From Blastocatellia bacterium (GTDB lineage: Bacteria; Acidobacteriota; Blastocatellia; UBA7656; JADIYM01): a DNA stretch of 64,000 bases. Of the stretch, positions 30,553 through 40,286 are shown piece by piece (the first letter of the stretch is position 1; the number at the start of each line of letters is the position of its first letter). Below the pieces are notes generated by a model. It saw only the letters and a program-made list of their open reading frames with translations. It made no database searches and was not told where the DNA came from. Location: the NCBI GenBank assembly GCA_044224215.1, contig JBGAKX010000007.1:2020-66019 (forward strand). The letters run 5' to 3'. The translations under genes were made by a program, and so were the position numbers.

Positions 30553-31791
30553 ATGAGCAAATCCAAGGTCTCCCTCATCGTTCAACCTGGCGACAGTTTC
30601 TTTCCGATCGTCGAGGCCATCGACGCTGCCCGCCAATCGATCAACATCACCATCTTTCGGCTTGACGACCCTGTCATCCAGAAGGCGCTCCACGAGGCGG
30701 TCGCGCGTGGCGTCAAGGTACGAGCGCTCATCGCAAAGTTCGCGCGCGGCTGGGAGAAGGAGAACAAAAAGCTGCTCAAGGACCTCGCAAAGTCCGGCAT
30801 CGAGACCAAGCAGCCGACGGTGGACAGCGCCAAGAAGCGCTACCACTACAAGATTCTCACCGTCGACGAGGCGCGGTCGCTCATCCTGACGTTCAACCCG
30901 ACGCGCGAGAACCTGCATTACACCCGCGACTACGGAGTCGTCATGTACGACCCGGCCGTAACGTGCGAGCTGGCGCGGCTGTTCGATGCGGACTGGTTCG
31001 AAAAGGACTTTTCGGTCGACAACACGCTTCCGCTTGCGATCAGCCCGTACAACAGCAGGTCGCGGCTGACGGACTTCCTCGATTCGGCGACGCGATCGAT
31101 CCATATCTCGGACGCCAAGGTTGAGGACCGAAAGATCCTCGATCTGCTGAAGCTGAAGGCGAAGGGCGGTGTCGAGGTCCGCGTGCTTGGTTCCAAGCCG
31201 TCGATCGCCGAGCGCGGCAGCCAGATCGAGTACCGGCAGATCACACGCTTCAAGATGCATGCCAAGTGCACCGTCGTCGATTCGGAGCGGGCATTCATTG
31301 CGAGCATGAACATGCGGCCGGTCAGCCTCGACGCGCGTCGCGAAGTCGGGATCCTCATCGACGACCCAAAGGCGATCGCCGAGATCGAACACGTGTTCGA
31401 CTCCGACTGGTCCCAGAAGCGCGCGGCACAGCAGACGATGAAGACGCAGATTCCCGGCGCCGTCGCCAAGGCCGCAGCTGCGGGCGCCGTTGGGAAGGCG
31501 TCGAACTTTGCGCTGCTGTCGCGCACGGACGCGCTGAGCCGGTTTCCGCTCGTGGACGGCGAGAATTCAATCGGGCGCAGCTCGACGAACGACATCGTCA
31601 TTGCGCACCCGAGCGTGAGTCGGGCCCATGCCTGCATTCACATCAACGGCGGCGCGTTCGTCCTGGAGGACCTTGGCAGCCAGAACGGCACGTTTCTGAA
31701 CGGCGACGCTGTCGAGGGCAAGGTTCCGCTCCATACCGGCGACATCGTCGGCATCGCCCAGTCGGACGAATTTCGCTTTCTCGAGGTCTAG
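30553..31791 (+). CDS. phospholipase-D-family (two HKD motifs) protein fused to a C-terminal FHA domain
   Basis: HYKILTVD and HAKCTVVD HKD motifs. The C-terminal NSIGRSSTNDIVIAHPSVSRAHACIHINGGAFVLEDLGSQNGTFLNGDAV...GDIVGIA fits the FHA pattern. Divergent from sctV. Confidence 0.75.
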   Translation: MSKSKVSLIVQPGDSFFPIVEAIDAARQSINITIFRLDDPVIQKALHEAVARGVKVRALIAKFARGWEKENKKLLKDLAKSGIETKQPTVDSAKKRYHYKILTVDEARSLILTFNPTRENLHYTRDYGVVMYDPAVTCELARLFDADWFEKDFSVDNTLPLAISPYNSRSRLTDFLDSATRSIHISDAKVEDRKILDLLKLKAKGGVEVRVLGSKPSIAERGSQIEYRQITRFKMHAKCTVVDSERAFIASMNMRPVSLDARREVGILIDDPKAIAEIEHVFDSDWSQKRAAQQTMKTQIPGAVAKAAAAGAVGKASNFALLSRTDALSRFPLVDGENSIGRSSTNDIVIAHPSVSRAHACIHINGGAFVLEDLGSQNGTFLNGDAVEGKVPLHTGDIVGIAQSDEFRFLEV

Positions 31792-31966
31792 TCTGGGAAC
31801 CGACGGGGCCTTGCGAGCCCGCCTTGCGCGGTACCAGACTGGGCCGTAGACTTTTCGTTGCCCCATGTTCGGCTGCAGTGCGGGATGTTTGCCCTCGCCA
31901 CCTGGTTCGCGAAGATCGCACCGTCTTCCGACGCCACAGAATGAGTCCCCGAGGAGTTCCAACGTC

Positions 31967-34702
31967 ATGACGTTTGCTACTGTGTTTCACGCCGGGAGGG
32001 CGAAGCTGTTGCTGTGTGCGCTGGTCGCCGCGGCGGCGCTGGTCGGAACGGCTCGATCGGTCGAGGCGACCACGTTGCCTTCCGGGTTTTCCGAGACCGT
32101 CTATGCCACCGGCCTGTCGGCGCCGAACTCGTTCGCGTTCCTTCCCGACAACAGGATCCTCGTGTGTCAGCAGAACGGCCAGCTCCGCATCATCGACGCC
32201 GCGGGCAACCTGCTCGCAACGCCGTTCGTCACGATCACGGTGAATTCCTCCGGCGAGCGCGGGTTGTTGGGAGTGGCGGTCGATCCCGACTTTTCGACGA
32301 ACAACTATGTGTACGTCTATTACACGGCCACGACGCCCTCCATTCACAATCGGATTAGCCGGTTCACGGCAAGCGGCAACGTGGCGATGCCCGGAAGCGA
32401 ACTCGTCCTGCTCGATTTCGACAACCTGAGCGGCGCGACGAACCACAACGGCGGCGCGCTCCATTTCGGCCCCGACGGCAAGCTGTACCAGTCGGCGGGT
32501 GAGAACGCGAACGGCTCGAACTCCCAGACGCTTTCGAACCTGCTCGGCAAGATCATCCGCATAAACAAGGATGGCACGATTCCGACCGACAACCCGTTCT
32601 ACAACACACCCGGTGCGCGCAAGGAGATCTGGTGCTACGGGCTGCGAAACCCGTGGCGATTTTCGTTCCAGCCGGGGACGGACGCACTGTTCATCGCTGA
32701 CGTCGGTCAGAACACGTACGAAGAGGTCGACATCGGGCTTCCGGGCTCCAACTACGGCTGGCCGACGATGGAGGGATTCCACTGCCAGCCTCCAGCGACC
32801 ATGTGCACGATGACCGGCTTCACGCTTCCGATCTTCGAGTACAACCACAACGGGGGCGGCGCGTCGATTACTGGCGGAGACTTCTATGAAGGCTCGACCT
32901 TCCCGACCGAGTACGTCGGTTCATACTTCTATGGCGACTATGTCAACAGCTTCATCCGACGGCTCGTCCTCGACGGCAACAACAACGTCATCTCCGACGA
33001 GCCGTTCGCGACGGGCGCCGGCGGGCCGGTAGAGATCGTCTACCACGGCGATGCGATGTGGTACACGTCGGTCAACACGGGCCAGCTGAGGCGGATCACG
33101 TACACGGGAGGCGCCAACCGTTCGCCGGTCGCCGTCGCGACGGGGGCGCCGGTGGCCGGGCTCGCACCGTTCGTCGTGAACTTCTCGAGCGCCGGCACAT
33201 ACGATCCGGACAACGACACGCTGACGTACGACTGGGATTTCGGCGATGGGACGTCACACTCGAGTGCGCCGAATCCGATGCATACATACTCGGGCGCGCC
33301 GCGCACGGTCAACGCAAAGCTCACGGTGACCGACAACGGCTCGCCAAACCTGTCTGACACGAGTCCGAACATTCCGGTCGTCATTGGCGATTCTCCACCG
33401 ACCGCGACGATCACGTCGCCGGTAAACCTCTCGAACTACAACGCCGGCCAGACGATCTCGTATTCGGGGACGGGCTCGGATCCGGAGAACGGAACCCTCG
33501 CAGCCGGTGCATTTACGTGGAAGATCGTCTTCCATCACAACACGCACATCCATCCCTTCCTCGGTCCGATCACGGGCGTCACGAGTGGGAGCTTCGTTGT
33601 TCCTGACCTGGGCGAGAACTCGACGGACGTCTGGTACGAGATCATCCTGACCGTCGTCGATTCGCAGGGCGTCACCGACACCAAATCGGTGCGCATCAAT
33701 CCCAACACGGTGAACCTGACGGTCAACGGGGTGCCCGCGGGTCTCTCGGTTTCGCTCGGCGGCCAGCCGCTCACCACACCGACGCCGTTTGCTTCCGTCG
33801 TCGGGTTCAAGTGGGACGTCGACGTACCGCTACCGCAGATGGTTGGCGGCACGAATTACTCGACGTTCAGCAACTGGTCCGACGGCGGAGCCAGGCTCCA
33901 CACGATCACGGCGCCGGCTTCGGCGACGACGTACACGGCGGTTGCCGTTGCCGACACGGCGCCTCCGCGGACGCCGATCGCGGGTGACTGGAACAACGAC
34001 GGGACAGGCTCGATCGGTCTCTGGTTCAGGTCGACCGCCGCCTTCGCGCAGCGAAACTCGAATTCGCCGGGAAGCGCTGACTTCTTCTACAACTACGGCC
34101 CGAACTATCCTGGCTGGGTCGCGCTCAGCGGCGACTGGGACGGGAACGGAACCCGCACGCCCGGGCTGTTCGATCCCGCCACCAACTTCTTCTACCTGCG
34201 GAATTCGAACAGCCCCGGACCAGCAGACGTCGTGTTCGGATTTGGCGGCGCCGGAAATGGGCTCACGCCGATCACCGGCGACTGGGACGGCGACGGAGAC
34301 GACACGATAGGACTGTACGACCCGGCCTCGGGCGCGTTCTTCCTGCGCAACACCAACTCGAGCGGTCCGGCGAATCTGACGTTCACGTTTGGCGCCGGCG
34401 GCGCTGGCTTCGTTCCTGTCGTCGGTGACTGGGACGGCAACAACACGACGACCATCGGGTTGTACAACCCCGCAACGTCGGCGTTTTTCCTCAAGAACTC
34501 GAATTCGAGCGGCAGTGCCGACATCGTCTTCTCGTTCGGCGCGGCCGGACAGGGATACCAGCCCATCGCCGGAAACTGGGACGCAACGGCGGGCGAGAGC
34601 ATCGGGTTGTATTCCGCGGTGCCGGGCTCGTTCTTCCTCAAGAACACGAACTCCGGCGGGAACGCGGATCTCGTGTTCAACTTCGGGCCGACGGGTCCGT
34701 AA
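31967..34702 (+). CDS. secreted multidomain protein: PQQ-dependent sugar dehydrogenase-like beta-propeller, PKD domain and five C-terminal FG-GAP/VCBS-like repeats
   Basis: Signal peptide, then NPWRFSF and GxNYGWP motifs of the GSDH family, a PKD-type block (DPDNDTLTYDWDFGDGT), and 5 x ~49-aa GDWDG(D/N)G...IGLY..A..FFL(R/K)N(S/T)NS repeats. Confidence 0.8.
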   Translation: MTFATVFHAGRAKLLLCALVAAAALVGTARSVEATTLPSGFSETVYATGLSAPNSFAFLPDNRILVCQQNGQLRIIDAAGNLLATPFVTITVNSSGERGLLGVAVDPDFSTNNYVYVYYTATTPSIHNRISRFTASGNVAMPGSELVLLDFDNLSGATNHNGGALHFGPDGKLYQSAGENANGSNSQTLSNLLGKIIRINKDGTIPTDNPFYNTPGARKEIWCYGLRNPWRFSFQPGTDALFIADVGQNTYEEVDIGLPGSNYGWPTMEGFHCQPPATMCTMTGFTLPIFEYNHNGGGASITGGDFYEGSTFPTEYVGSYFYGDYVNSFIRRLVLDGNNNVISDEPFATGAGGPVEIVYHGDAMWYTSVNTGQLRRITYTGGANRSPVAVATGAPVAGLAPFVVNFSSAGTYDPDNDTLTYDWDFGDGTSHSSAPNPMHTYSGAPRTVNAKLTVTDNGSPNLSDTSPNIPVVIGDSPPTATITSPVNLSNYNAGQTISYSGTGSDPENGTLAAGAFTWKIVFHHNTHIHPFLGPITGVTSGSFVVPDLGENSTDVWYEIILTVVDSQGVTDTKSVRINPNTVNLTVNGVPAGLSVSLGGQPLTTPTPFASVVGFKWDVDVPLPQMVGGTNYSTFSNWSDGGARLHTITAPASATTYTAVAVADTAPPRTPIAGDWNNDGTGSIGLWFRSTAAFAQRNSNSPGSADFFYNYGPNYPGWVALSGDWDGNGTRTPGLFDPATNFFYLRNSNSPGPADVVFGFGGAGNGLTPITGDWDGDGDDTIGLYDPASGAFFLRNTNSSGPANLTFTFGAGGAGFVPVVGDWDGNNTTTIGLYNPATSAFFLKNSNSSGSADIVFSFGAAGQGYQPIAGNWDATAGESIGLYSAVPGSFFLKNTNSGGNADLVFNFGPTGP
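33975..34700 (+). repeat. five tandem ~147-bp intragenic repeats encoding FG-GAP-like units
   Basis: Repeats R1-R5 begin with GDW(N/D)(N/G)DG. The protein-level periodicity is clear. Confidence 0.6.
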
Positions 34703-34779
34703 GCAAGAAGGCATCATGCAAACCGCCAGGCCGCGGACGCGGAACGCGTTCGCGGCCTGCCGCACGTTCGGGCGCATCG

Positions 34780-35481
34780 CTACTCAAAAAAGACCGCGAC
34801 GTCGTCAAACGGCTTGCGACGGATGTTCGGCACGGTTGCACCGTCGGCAGGATATCCAACCGGCAGAATAAGATACGGGCGCTCGTTGCGAGGCCGCTCG
34901 AGAATCTTCGCCAGAAACCCCATCGGGTTCGGCGTGTGCGTGACGGTGACGAGACCCGCGTTGTGGATCGCCGCGATAAGCAGGCCCGTCGCGATGCCTA
35001 CCGATTCCATGACGTAGTAGTGCTTTTCGCGCTCCGAATCCCGCGCGCCGTCATACCCGACTTTGTCGTGCTCGGTGTAGTCGATCCGGAAGACGACGAC
35101 GAGCCACGGGGCGACCTCGAGGAACTCCTTGTGCCAGTCGGTGCCGAGCGGCTCGAGGTGCCGCTTCCACGCGTCCGGAAAGCGACGCGTGTAGTTCTCG
35201 CGCTCCTCCTCTTCGGCGGCGAGGCGAATCTCGCGCTTGATGACAGGATTCGACACGGCCACAAACCGCCACGGCTGCTGGTTCGCTCCCGACGGCGCCG
35301 TCGCGCCGGTTGCGATCAGCGTGGATATGAGCTCTCGAGGAACGGGTTCGCTTGAAAAGTCGCGAACGGTGCGGCGCGACGCGAGCAGATCGCGAAACGC
35401 GCGTGCCCTGCGAGCCTGTTCGTCTGCCGGTATCCGGTCGAATGTCAGCGGAATGCGATCCATGTCGTCGTGTGAGGTCAT
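34780..35481 (-). CDS. nitroreductase-family protein
   Basis: RRTVRDFSSEPVP...SGANQQPWRFV is the hallmark of the nitroreductase fold. Confidence 0.8.
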   Translation of the reverse strand: MTSHDDMDRIPLTFDRIPADEQARRARAFRDLLASRRTVRDFSSEPVPRELISTLIATGATAPSGANQQPWRFVAVSNPVIKREIRLAAEEEERENYTRRFPDAWKRHLEPLGTDWHKEFLEVAPWLVVVFRIDYTEHDKVGYDGARDSEREKHYYVMESVGIATGLLIAAIHNAGLVTVTHTPNPMGFLAKILERPRNERPYLILPVGYPADGATVPNIRRKPFDDVAVFFE

Positions 35482-35567
35482 CGGCTACTCCGCATCGGTG
35501 TCTGTCATGGAATCCGCGGTGCGATGTCCGGGATCCAGTGGACTGTAGATGACCAAATTGCGCGCGT

Positions 35568-36290
35568 CTATTCCTCGTGCGAACGGCGCACGTCGACGAA
35601 TGCCCGCTTGAGGTCGTCCGGCGAGTGGCCGAGCCAGTAACGGACCCGCAGCCACCACATGCGCAACGTCGTCCTCCACGGTCCCATCTGCGCGTATCTG
35701 CGATCGGACAGAACCACCGGACCCGACAGCACGACAAAGCGCCCAACCCGCTTGAGCCGCGTGACGAAATCCACGTCTTCGAAGAGCGGCCACGGCTTGA
35801 ATCCCTCGAGACGATCGAAAGCCTTGCGCGTTGCGAAGATCGCCTGATCGCCGGTTGCCGTCCGGGTCGCGCGCGTGCGGGCGTTGATTCCGGCCGCAAT
35901 CAACGGCATCGAACGCGGCGACCGGGATTCGCGGGCGAACGCGATCGTGAACGCCCCGCCCGCGACACGGTCGTCGTCGAGCGCGGCCGCAACGCGTGCG
36001 ATCGCGTCACGAGGCAGCCACGCGTCGGCGTGAAGGAACAGCACGATGTCCGTTGCCGCCAGCGCCGCGCCGGCATTCATCTGCAAACCGCGTCCGCGTG
36101 GCGCCTGGACCATAAACATCGATGCGCCATCGACGTGTTTCTCGAGCAACTCGCGCGATCCGTCCGTGCTGCCGCCGTCGCAGAACACGACGCCGTCGGG
36201 CGGAGGCGCCAGCGCGCGAAGTCGCGCAATGGTCTCGGGAAGCACGCGGAGCTCGTCGAGCACCGGAACGACCACCGTCACCGTGCGCAT
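35568..36290 (-). CDS. family-2 glycosyltransferase (TIGR04283-like)
   Basis: VVVPVLDE, DGGSTDGS and LFLHADAWL (the DxD-type region) of GT2 enzymes. Confidence 0.75.
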   Translation of the reverse strand: MRTVTVVVPVLDELRVLPETIARLRALAPPPDGVVFCDGGSTDGSRELLEKHVDGASMFMVQAPRGRGLQMNAGAALAATDIVLFLHADAWLPRDAIARVAAALDDDRVAGGAFTIAFARESRSPRSMPLIAAGINARTRATRTATGDQAIFATRKAFDRLEGFKPWPLFEDVDFVTRLKRVGRFVVLSGPVVLSDRRYAQMGPWRTTLRMWWLRVRYWLGHSPDDLKRAFVDVRRSHEE

Positions 36291-36294
36291 CGCG

Positions 36295-37044
36295 TCACTC
36301 CGGCGGCGCGTCGGGGACACGACGTGAACGACGCGACTGAACAAGCTTGAACACGGGCGGCAGGATCGCGAGGACGCCGAGAAGCGCGAAGGCGGCGATC
36401 ACGTCCCGGTTCACAAACGATCGAACATCAATTGACGTCAGCGGCGCGTTGACGTCCGCAAGCGTCCGTCCAATCGCGGCTGCGATGTTTGCATACACGA
36501 ACACTGCCGGAACGATCCCGATCATCGTTGCGAGCGTGTAGTCCCTCAGTGCGACACCCGACAGCCCCCATGCGAAGTTCACGACATTGAACGGGAACAC
36601 CGGGACGAGTCGCGTGAAGAGGACGGCGCTGAATCCCGATCCTGCCACGGTCCTGTCGAACCGTTCGACCGCGCCGCCAGCCATGAATCGCTCGACCGTC
36701 GAGCGGCCGGCGTATCGGCTGATCAGAAACGCACCGACCGCTCCGATCGAGGCGCCGACGACGACGAGCGCGCCGCCGAGAAACGTGCCGAACAGCAGGC
36801 CACCGGCAAGCGTCAGCAGCAGTCCCGGAAACGCAAACAGTGTCCCGACGACGTAGATGACGATGAAGGCGACCGGGGCGAGGGCGCCGGCGCTGTCGCG
36901 TGCCTGGTAGATGTCGGCAACCGTCAGCCTGTCGAGCACGCCCGACCAGCGAATCAGCACGGCGAAGCCGACGACGCACACGGCAAGCGCGACGAGCTTC
37001 AGCCACCCGCGGTCGGACGTGGTGTTGTCAGGCGGCGATGGCAT
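36295..37044 (-). CDS. TVP38/TMEM64 (DedA/SNARE-associated) family membrane protein
   Basis: Multi-pass membrane protein with the DedA-family core (FPGLLLTLAGGLLFG...RLVPVFPFNVVNFAWGLS). Confidence 0.75.
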   Translation of the reverse strand: MPSPPDNTTSDRGWLKLVALAVCVVGFAVLIRWSGVLDRLTVADIYQARDSAGALAPVAFIVIYVVGTLFAFPGLLLTLAGGLLFGTFLGGALVVVGASIGAVGAFLISRYAGRSTVERFMAGGAVERFDRTVAGSGFSAVLFTRLVPVFPFNVVNFAWGLSGVALRDYTLATMIGIVPAVFVYANIAAAIGRTLADVNAPLTSIDVRSFVNRDVIAAFALLGVLAILPPVFKLVQSRRSRRVPDAPPE

Positions 37045-38266
37045 TGGCGTCCTCCGCGGGCCTGCGGACGAAGAGCCCGAACAGCAGCGATGCGACCAGA
37101 CCCAGTCCTGCGCACGACAGAAAAGCCAGCTGCGGTCCGCCGTAGGTCCATAGAACACCCATCAGGAGCGATGCGGGAAATACGGTGATGCCGAGTGCGA
37201 GGTTGTATACACCAAACGCGGTGCCGCGCTGATCCTCCCTGACGAGATCGGCGACGAGCGCCTTTTCGGCGCCCTCGGCAAGGCCAAAGTACGCGCCGTA
37301 GACGATGAACAACGACCAGACCTCCCATCGGGTCGTCGCAAACGCGAATCCCGCATACACGGCTGCGTACACGAGCCAACCTGCGATGATCAGCCGTTTT
37401 CGTCCGAGCCGATCCGACAGGTCGCCGCCGACGATCGACGTGACGACCTTTGACACGTGCAGGATCGCCCACAGCAGCGGCAGCGTCGACGTCGAAACAC
37501 CAGCTGTCGTCGCGCGAAGCAGAAGGAACGCGTCGGACGAATTCGACAGCGTGAAGAGGGCCAGCGTACCCATGAACACGAGAAAGTTGCCGCTGAAGCC
37601 GCGCAGCGAGACGCGTGGGCGCTGCGCCGCCGATCCGTCGGTCCTCGGCTGGCGAACGGCTTCCCGAACAAACGCGACGGCGATCACGACCGAAAGAAAT
37701 CCCGGAATCGCCGCGACGAGAAACACGTGACGCAGCTCGAGCGTGGTCGGCGCGTCGGCGCTTGCCGCGAAGACGTACAACAGCACGAACGCCAGCAACG
37801 GCCCGATGACCGCGCCGCTGTGGTCCATTGCGCGATGGAATCCGAAGGCGAGGCCTCGCTGCTCCACCTCCGAGCTGTCGGCGATCAACGCGTCCCGCGG
37901 CGCGCCGCGAATCCCCTTCCCGATGCGGTCTGCCATGCGCGCCGCCAGCGCGAGCGGCCAGCTGGTGGCGAGCGCGAGCGCCGTCCGCGCGACAGCCGCT
38001 GCGCCGTAACCGAAGACAACCAGCGGCTTGCGCTGGCCGAAGCGGTCGCTCAGGTATCCGGCGAAGAGCTTCAGAATGCTGGACGTCGATTCGGAGAGGC
38101 CTTCGATGACACCGATGATCGCGGGCGAAGCGCCCAGCGACAGCGACAGAAAGATTGGCAGGAGCGGATAGATGATCTCGCTCGACGCGTCATTCAGGAG
38201 GCTGACAAAGCCGATCGCGTAGACATTGCGCGGCAGGCCTCGCGTGCGACCAAGGAGACCGCTCAT
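37028..38266 (-). CDS. MFS transporter
   Basis: Twelve predicted transmembrane helices with MFS motifs. Its start overlaps the stop of the LOG-like gene (ATGA). Confidence 0.8.
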   Translation of the reverse strand: MSGLLGRTRGLPRNVYAIGFVSLLNDASSEIIYPLLPIFLSLSLGASPAIIGVIEGLSESTSSILKLFAGYLSDRFGQRKPLVVFGYGAAAVARTALALATSWPLALAARMADRIGKGIRGAPRDALIADSSEVEQRGLAFGFHRAMDHSGAVIGPLLAFVLLYVFAASADAPTTLELRHVFLVAAIPGFLSVVIAVAFVREAVRQPRTDGSAAQRPRVSLRGFSGNFLVFMGTLALFTLSNSSDAFLLLRATTAGVSTSTLPLLWAILHVSKVVTSIVGGDLSDRLGRKRLIIAGWLVYAAVYAGFAFATTRWEVWSLFIVYGAYFGLAEGAEKALVADLVREDQRGTAFGVYNLALGITVFPASLLMGVLWTYGGPQLAFLSCAGLGLVASLLFGLFVRRPAEDANAIAA

Positions 38267-38763
38267 GTCCGGATTCCCCGGAGCGCCGTAGCGACGGCTT
38301 CGGCTGCCGTCGTGGCGATCATTGGCTGCTCGCCGACGCCCGATGCCGACAGCTCCCACGAGCCCACGACGACAACGGGCCGGCCGATCTTCATTGCGAG
38401 CGCAATCTCCGAGAGCGTGCCGTATCCACCCGCGATCGCGATGACGGCATCGCTCGAGCACGCATTGATCCAGTTGCGGCCGTCCGACATTCCCGTAAAG
38501 ATCGCGACGTCGACGTATGGATTGGGGGGCGTCTCGCGGGCGTCGCGGCCCGGAAGGACTCCGACGACAAGCCCGCCGCTGTCGCGTGCGCCGCGGGCCG
38601 CGGCTTCCATCACACCGCCAAGGCCTCCGCACAGGAGAATCGCTCCGGACTGCGCGACGAGGCGGCCCACGTCGTACGCCAGGTCCGATACGTCGGGCGC
38701 GCACGATCCGGCGCCCATCACACCGATCGTCGGCCGGCGTCCGCAGGGCCCCGTCTCCTTCAC
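38263..38763 (-). CDS. LOG / TIGR00725-family Rossmann-fold protein
   Basis: IGVMGAGS...GGLGGVMEAAARGA...GGYGTLSEI is the LOG-family signature. Confidence 0.75.
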   Translation of the reverse strand: MKETGPCGRRPTIGVMGAGSCAPDVSDLAYDVGRLVAQSGAILLCGGLGGVMEAAARGARDSGGLVVGVLPGRDARETPPNPYVDVAIFTGMSDGRNWINACSSDAVIAIAGGYGTLSEIALAMKIGRPVVVVGSWELSASGVGEQPMIATTAAEAVATALRGIRT

Positions 38764-39428
38764 CCGTTCGCCTCGACTGGTTCTATGCAGAGCGCGTCGT
38801 CGGTCATCGGCGAGTTGACGCGGCGCGACACCGCGTGCGCTTCGAAATCATCGTCCGCGTACGGAACGAGCAGCGACAACGCGTCGGCGACCTTGGTGTC
38901 GGGCGCGAGCCACGTCCGCTCGACACTTGCCTGGAGAATCGCGGGCATCCGGTTGTGAATCGTGGACAGCAGCGCGTTTGGCTCGACCGTGATGATGGAG
39001 CACGTGCGGAGCTCTGACTCGTCCGGTGCTCGCCACGTCTCCCAGATACCCGCAAACGCAAAGAGCCCGCGATCGCGCCGAACGATGTGCATCGGCGTCC
39101 GGACATTTCCGTCGCGCTGCCACTCATAGAATCCGTCGGCCGGAATCAGACACCGCCGCTTGGCGATAGCCCTCCGGTATGCGGGTTTCTCGGCGAGCGT
39201 CTCGGCACGGGCGTTGATCATTCTGTTCCCTATCGACGCCTCTTTTGCCCAGAACGGCACCAGCCCCCACTTCAACCGCTGGAAACGGGGCTCGTCCTCC
39301 TGGACAATCGCCGCAACCTGTTGCATCGGAGCGATGTTGAACCGCGGCTGCAGGTCGTCCGGAACGTCCACTCCAAACCGTGCGGCCACGTCCTTGGCGC
39401 TCTGATGAAGCGTGAATCGTCCACACAT
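38760..39428 (-). CDS. SOS-response-associated peptidase (SRAP/YedK/HMCES family)
   Basis: The N-terminal MCGRF catalytic Cys2 and the collinear SRAP fold (FNIAPMQQV...WGLVPFWAK...ADGFYEW). Confidence 0.85.
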   Translation of the reverse strand: MCGRFTLHQSAKDVAARFGVDVPDDLQPRFNIAPMQQVAAIVQEDEPRFQRLKWGLVPFWAKEASIGNRMINARAETLAEKPAYRRAIAKRRCLIPADGFYEWQRDGNVRTPMHIVRRDRGLFAFAGIWETWRAPDESELRTCSIITVEPNALLSTIHNRMPAILQASVERTWLAPDTKVADALSLLVPYADDDFEAHAVSRRVNSPMTDDALCIEPVEANG

Positions 39429-39608
39429 GAATGTAGGAGCCTCTTTGGTATCAGAATTTTAGTGTTGAAACCGGATAGCTTTGGCATCATACTCCGCCGT
39501 GAGAAGCGGGCCAATCGGCGGCGATGGCCCTGCCCACCCCCCTCACATCTCACACCGGCACACAACTTGATACCGTCCCCGTACGATAGTGCGCGGAAGG
39601 AGATTGGC

Positions 39609-40286
39609 ATGGACGTGGAACCGCTCGTGTCCGTATCGGGGTTGCTCGCATTTGCACGGGAATCGAACCGGTTGATGATCGGGGGCCTTGTAAGTTCAAT
39701 TCGCGAGTGTGGCAACGAGTCCTACTCGTTGTGGAAGCACTCGCTTGCCGTCGCGTCGACGGCGCGCCGACTCGCGCTGGAACTGGGCCTTTCGATCGAG
39801 GAGCGCCGGCTGACCTATCTCGGCGGCCTGCTGCATGATGTTGGGAAGACTGCGCTTGCTCCTGCAACACTGTTCAAGCCGGGACCGCTCAACGCGGCCG
39901 AGCGGGACCATCTGAACCTGCACCCTGCGCTTGGCGCCGGAATGGTCGCGGACCTCGGAATCGGCCACGTGTCGGATGCGGTGCACTATCACCACGAGTT
40001 GTTTGACGGTTCGGGATACCCGTTCGGTCTGGCGCGTGACGAAATCCCGCTCGTCGCACGTGTCGTCGGCGTCGCGGACTACTTCGAGGCGCTCTGCGAA
40101 TCGCGCCCGTACCGCCCGCTCGCTGCCACGTCGACCGAGGCGCTCGAGGTTATCGGCTCGCTCGCGAGAGCCGGCAAGTTGGATCCCGAGATCACGAACG
40201 CCCTGCCGAGTGTCGCCCAGACCGGCTCGCCCATACCGTCAAGATATTTTGACAGGGTCGCCGGTTTCTTTGAGCTCACATTTTGA
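39609..40286 (+). CDS. stand-alone HD-GYP domain protein (possible c-di-GMP phosphodiesterase)
   Basis: LLHDVGK (the HD motif), HHELFDGSGYP (the GYP motif) and HP.LG. Confidence 0.8.
   Translation: MDVEPLVSVSGLLAFARESNRLMIGGLVSSIRECGNESYSLWKHSLAVASTARRLALELGLSIEERRLTYLGGLLHDVGKTALAPATLFKPGPLNAAERDHLNLHPALGAGMVADLGIGHVSDAVHYHHELFDGSGYPFGLARDEIPLVARVVGVADYFEALCESRPYRPLAATSTEALEVIGSLARAGKLDPEITNALPSVAQTGSPIPSRYFDRVAGFFELTF

Noticed and set aside
28073-30578. 434-aa + and 497-aa - ORFs overlapping sctV
   Set aside because: Arg-rich artefactual frames. The 697-aa frame is unmistakably FlhA/SctV.
37457-38818. 453-aa + strand ORF antisense to the MFS and LOG genes
   Set aside because: Antisense artefact.
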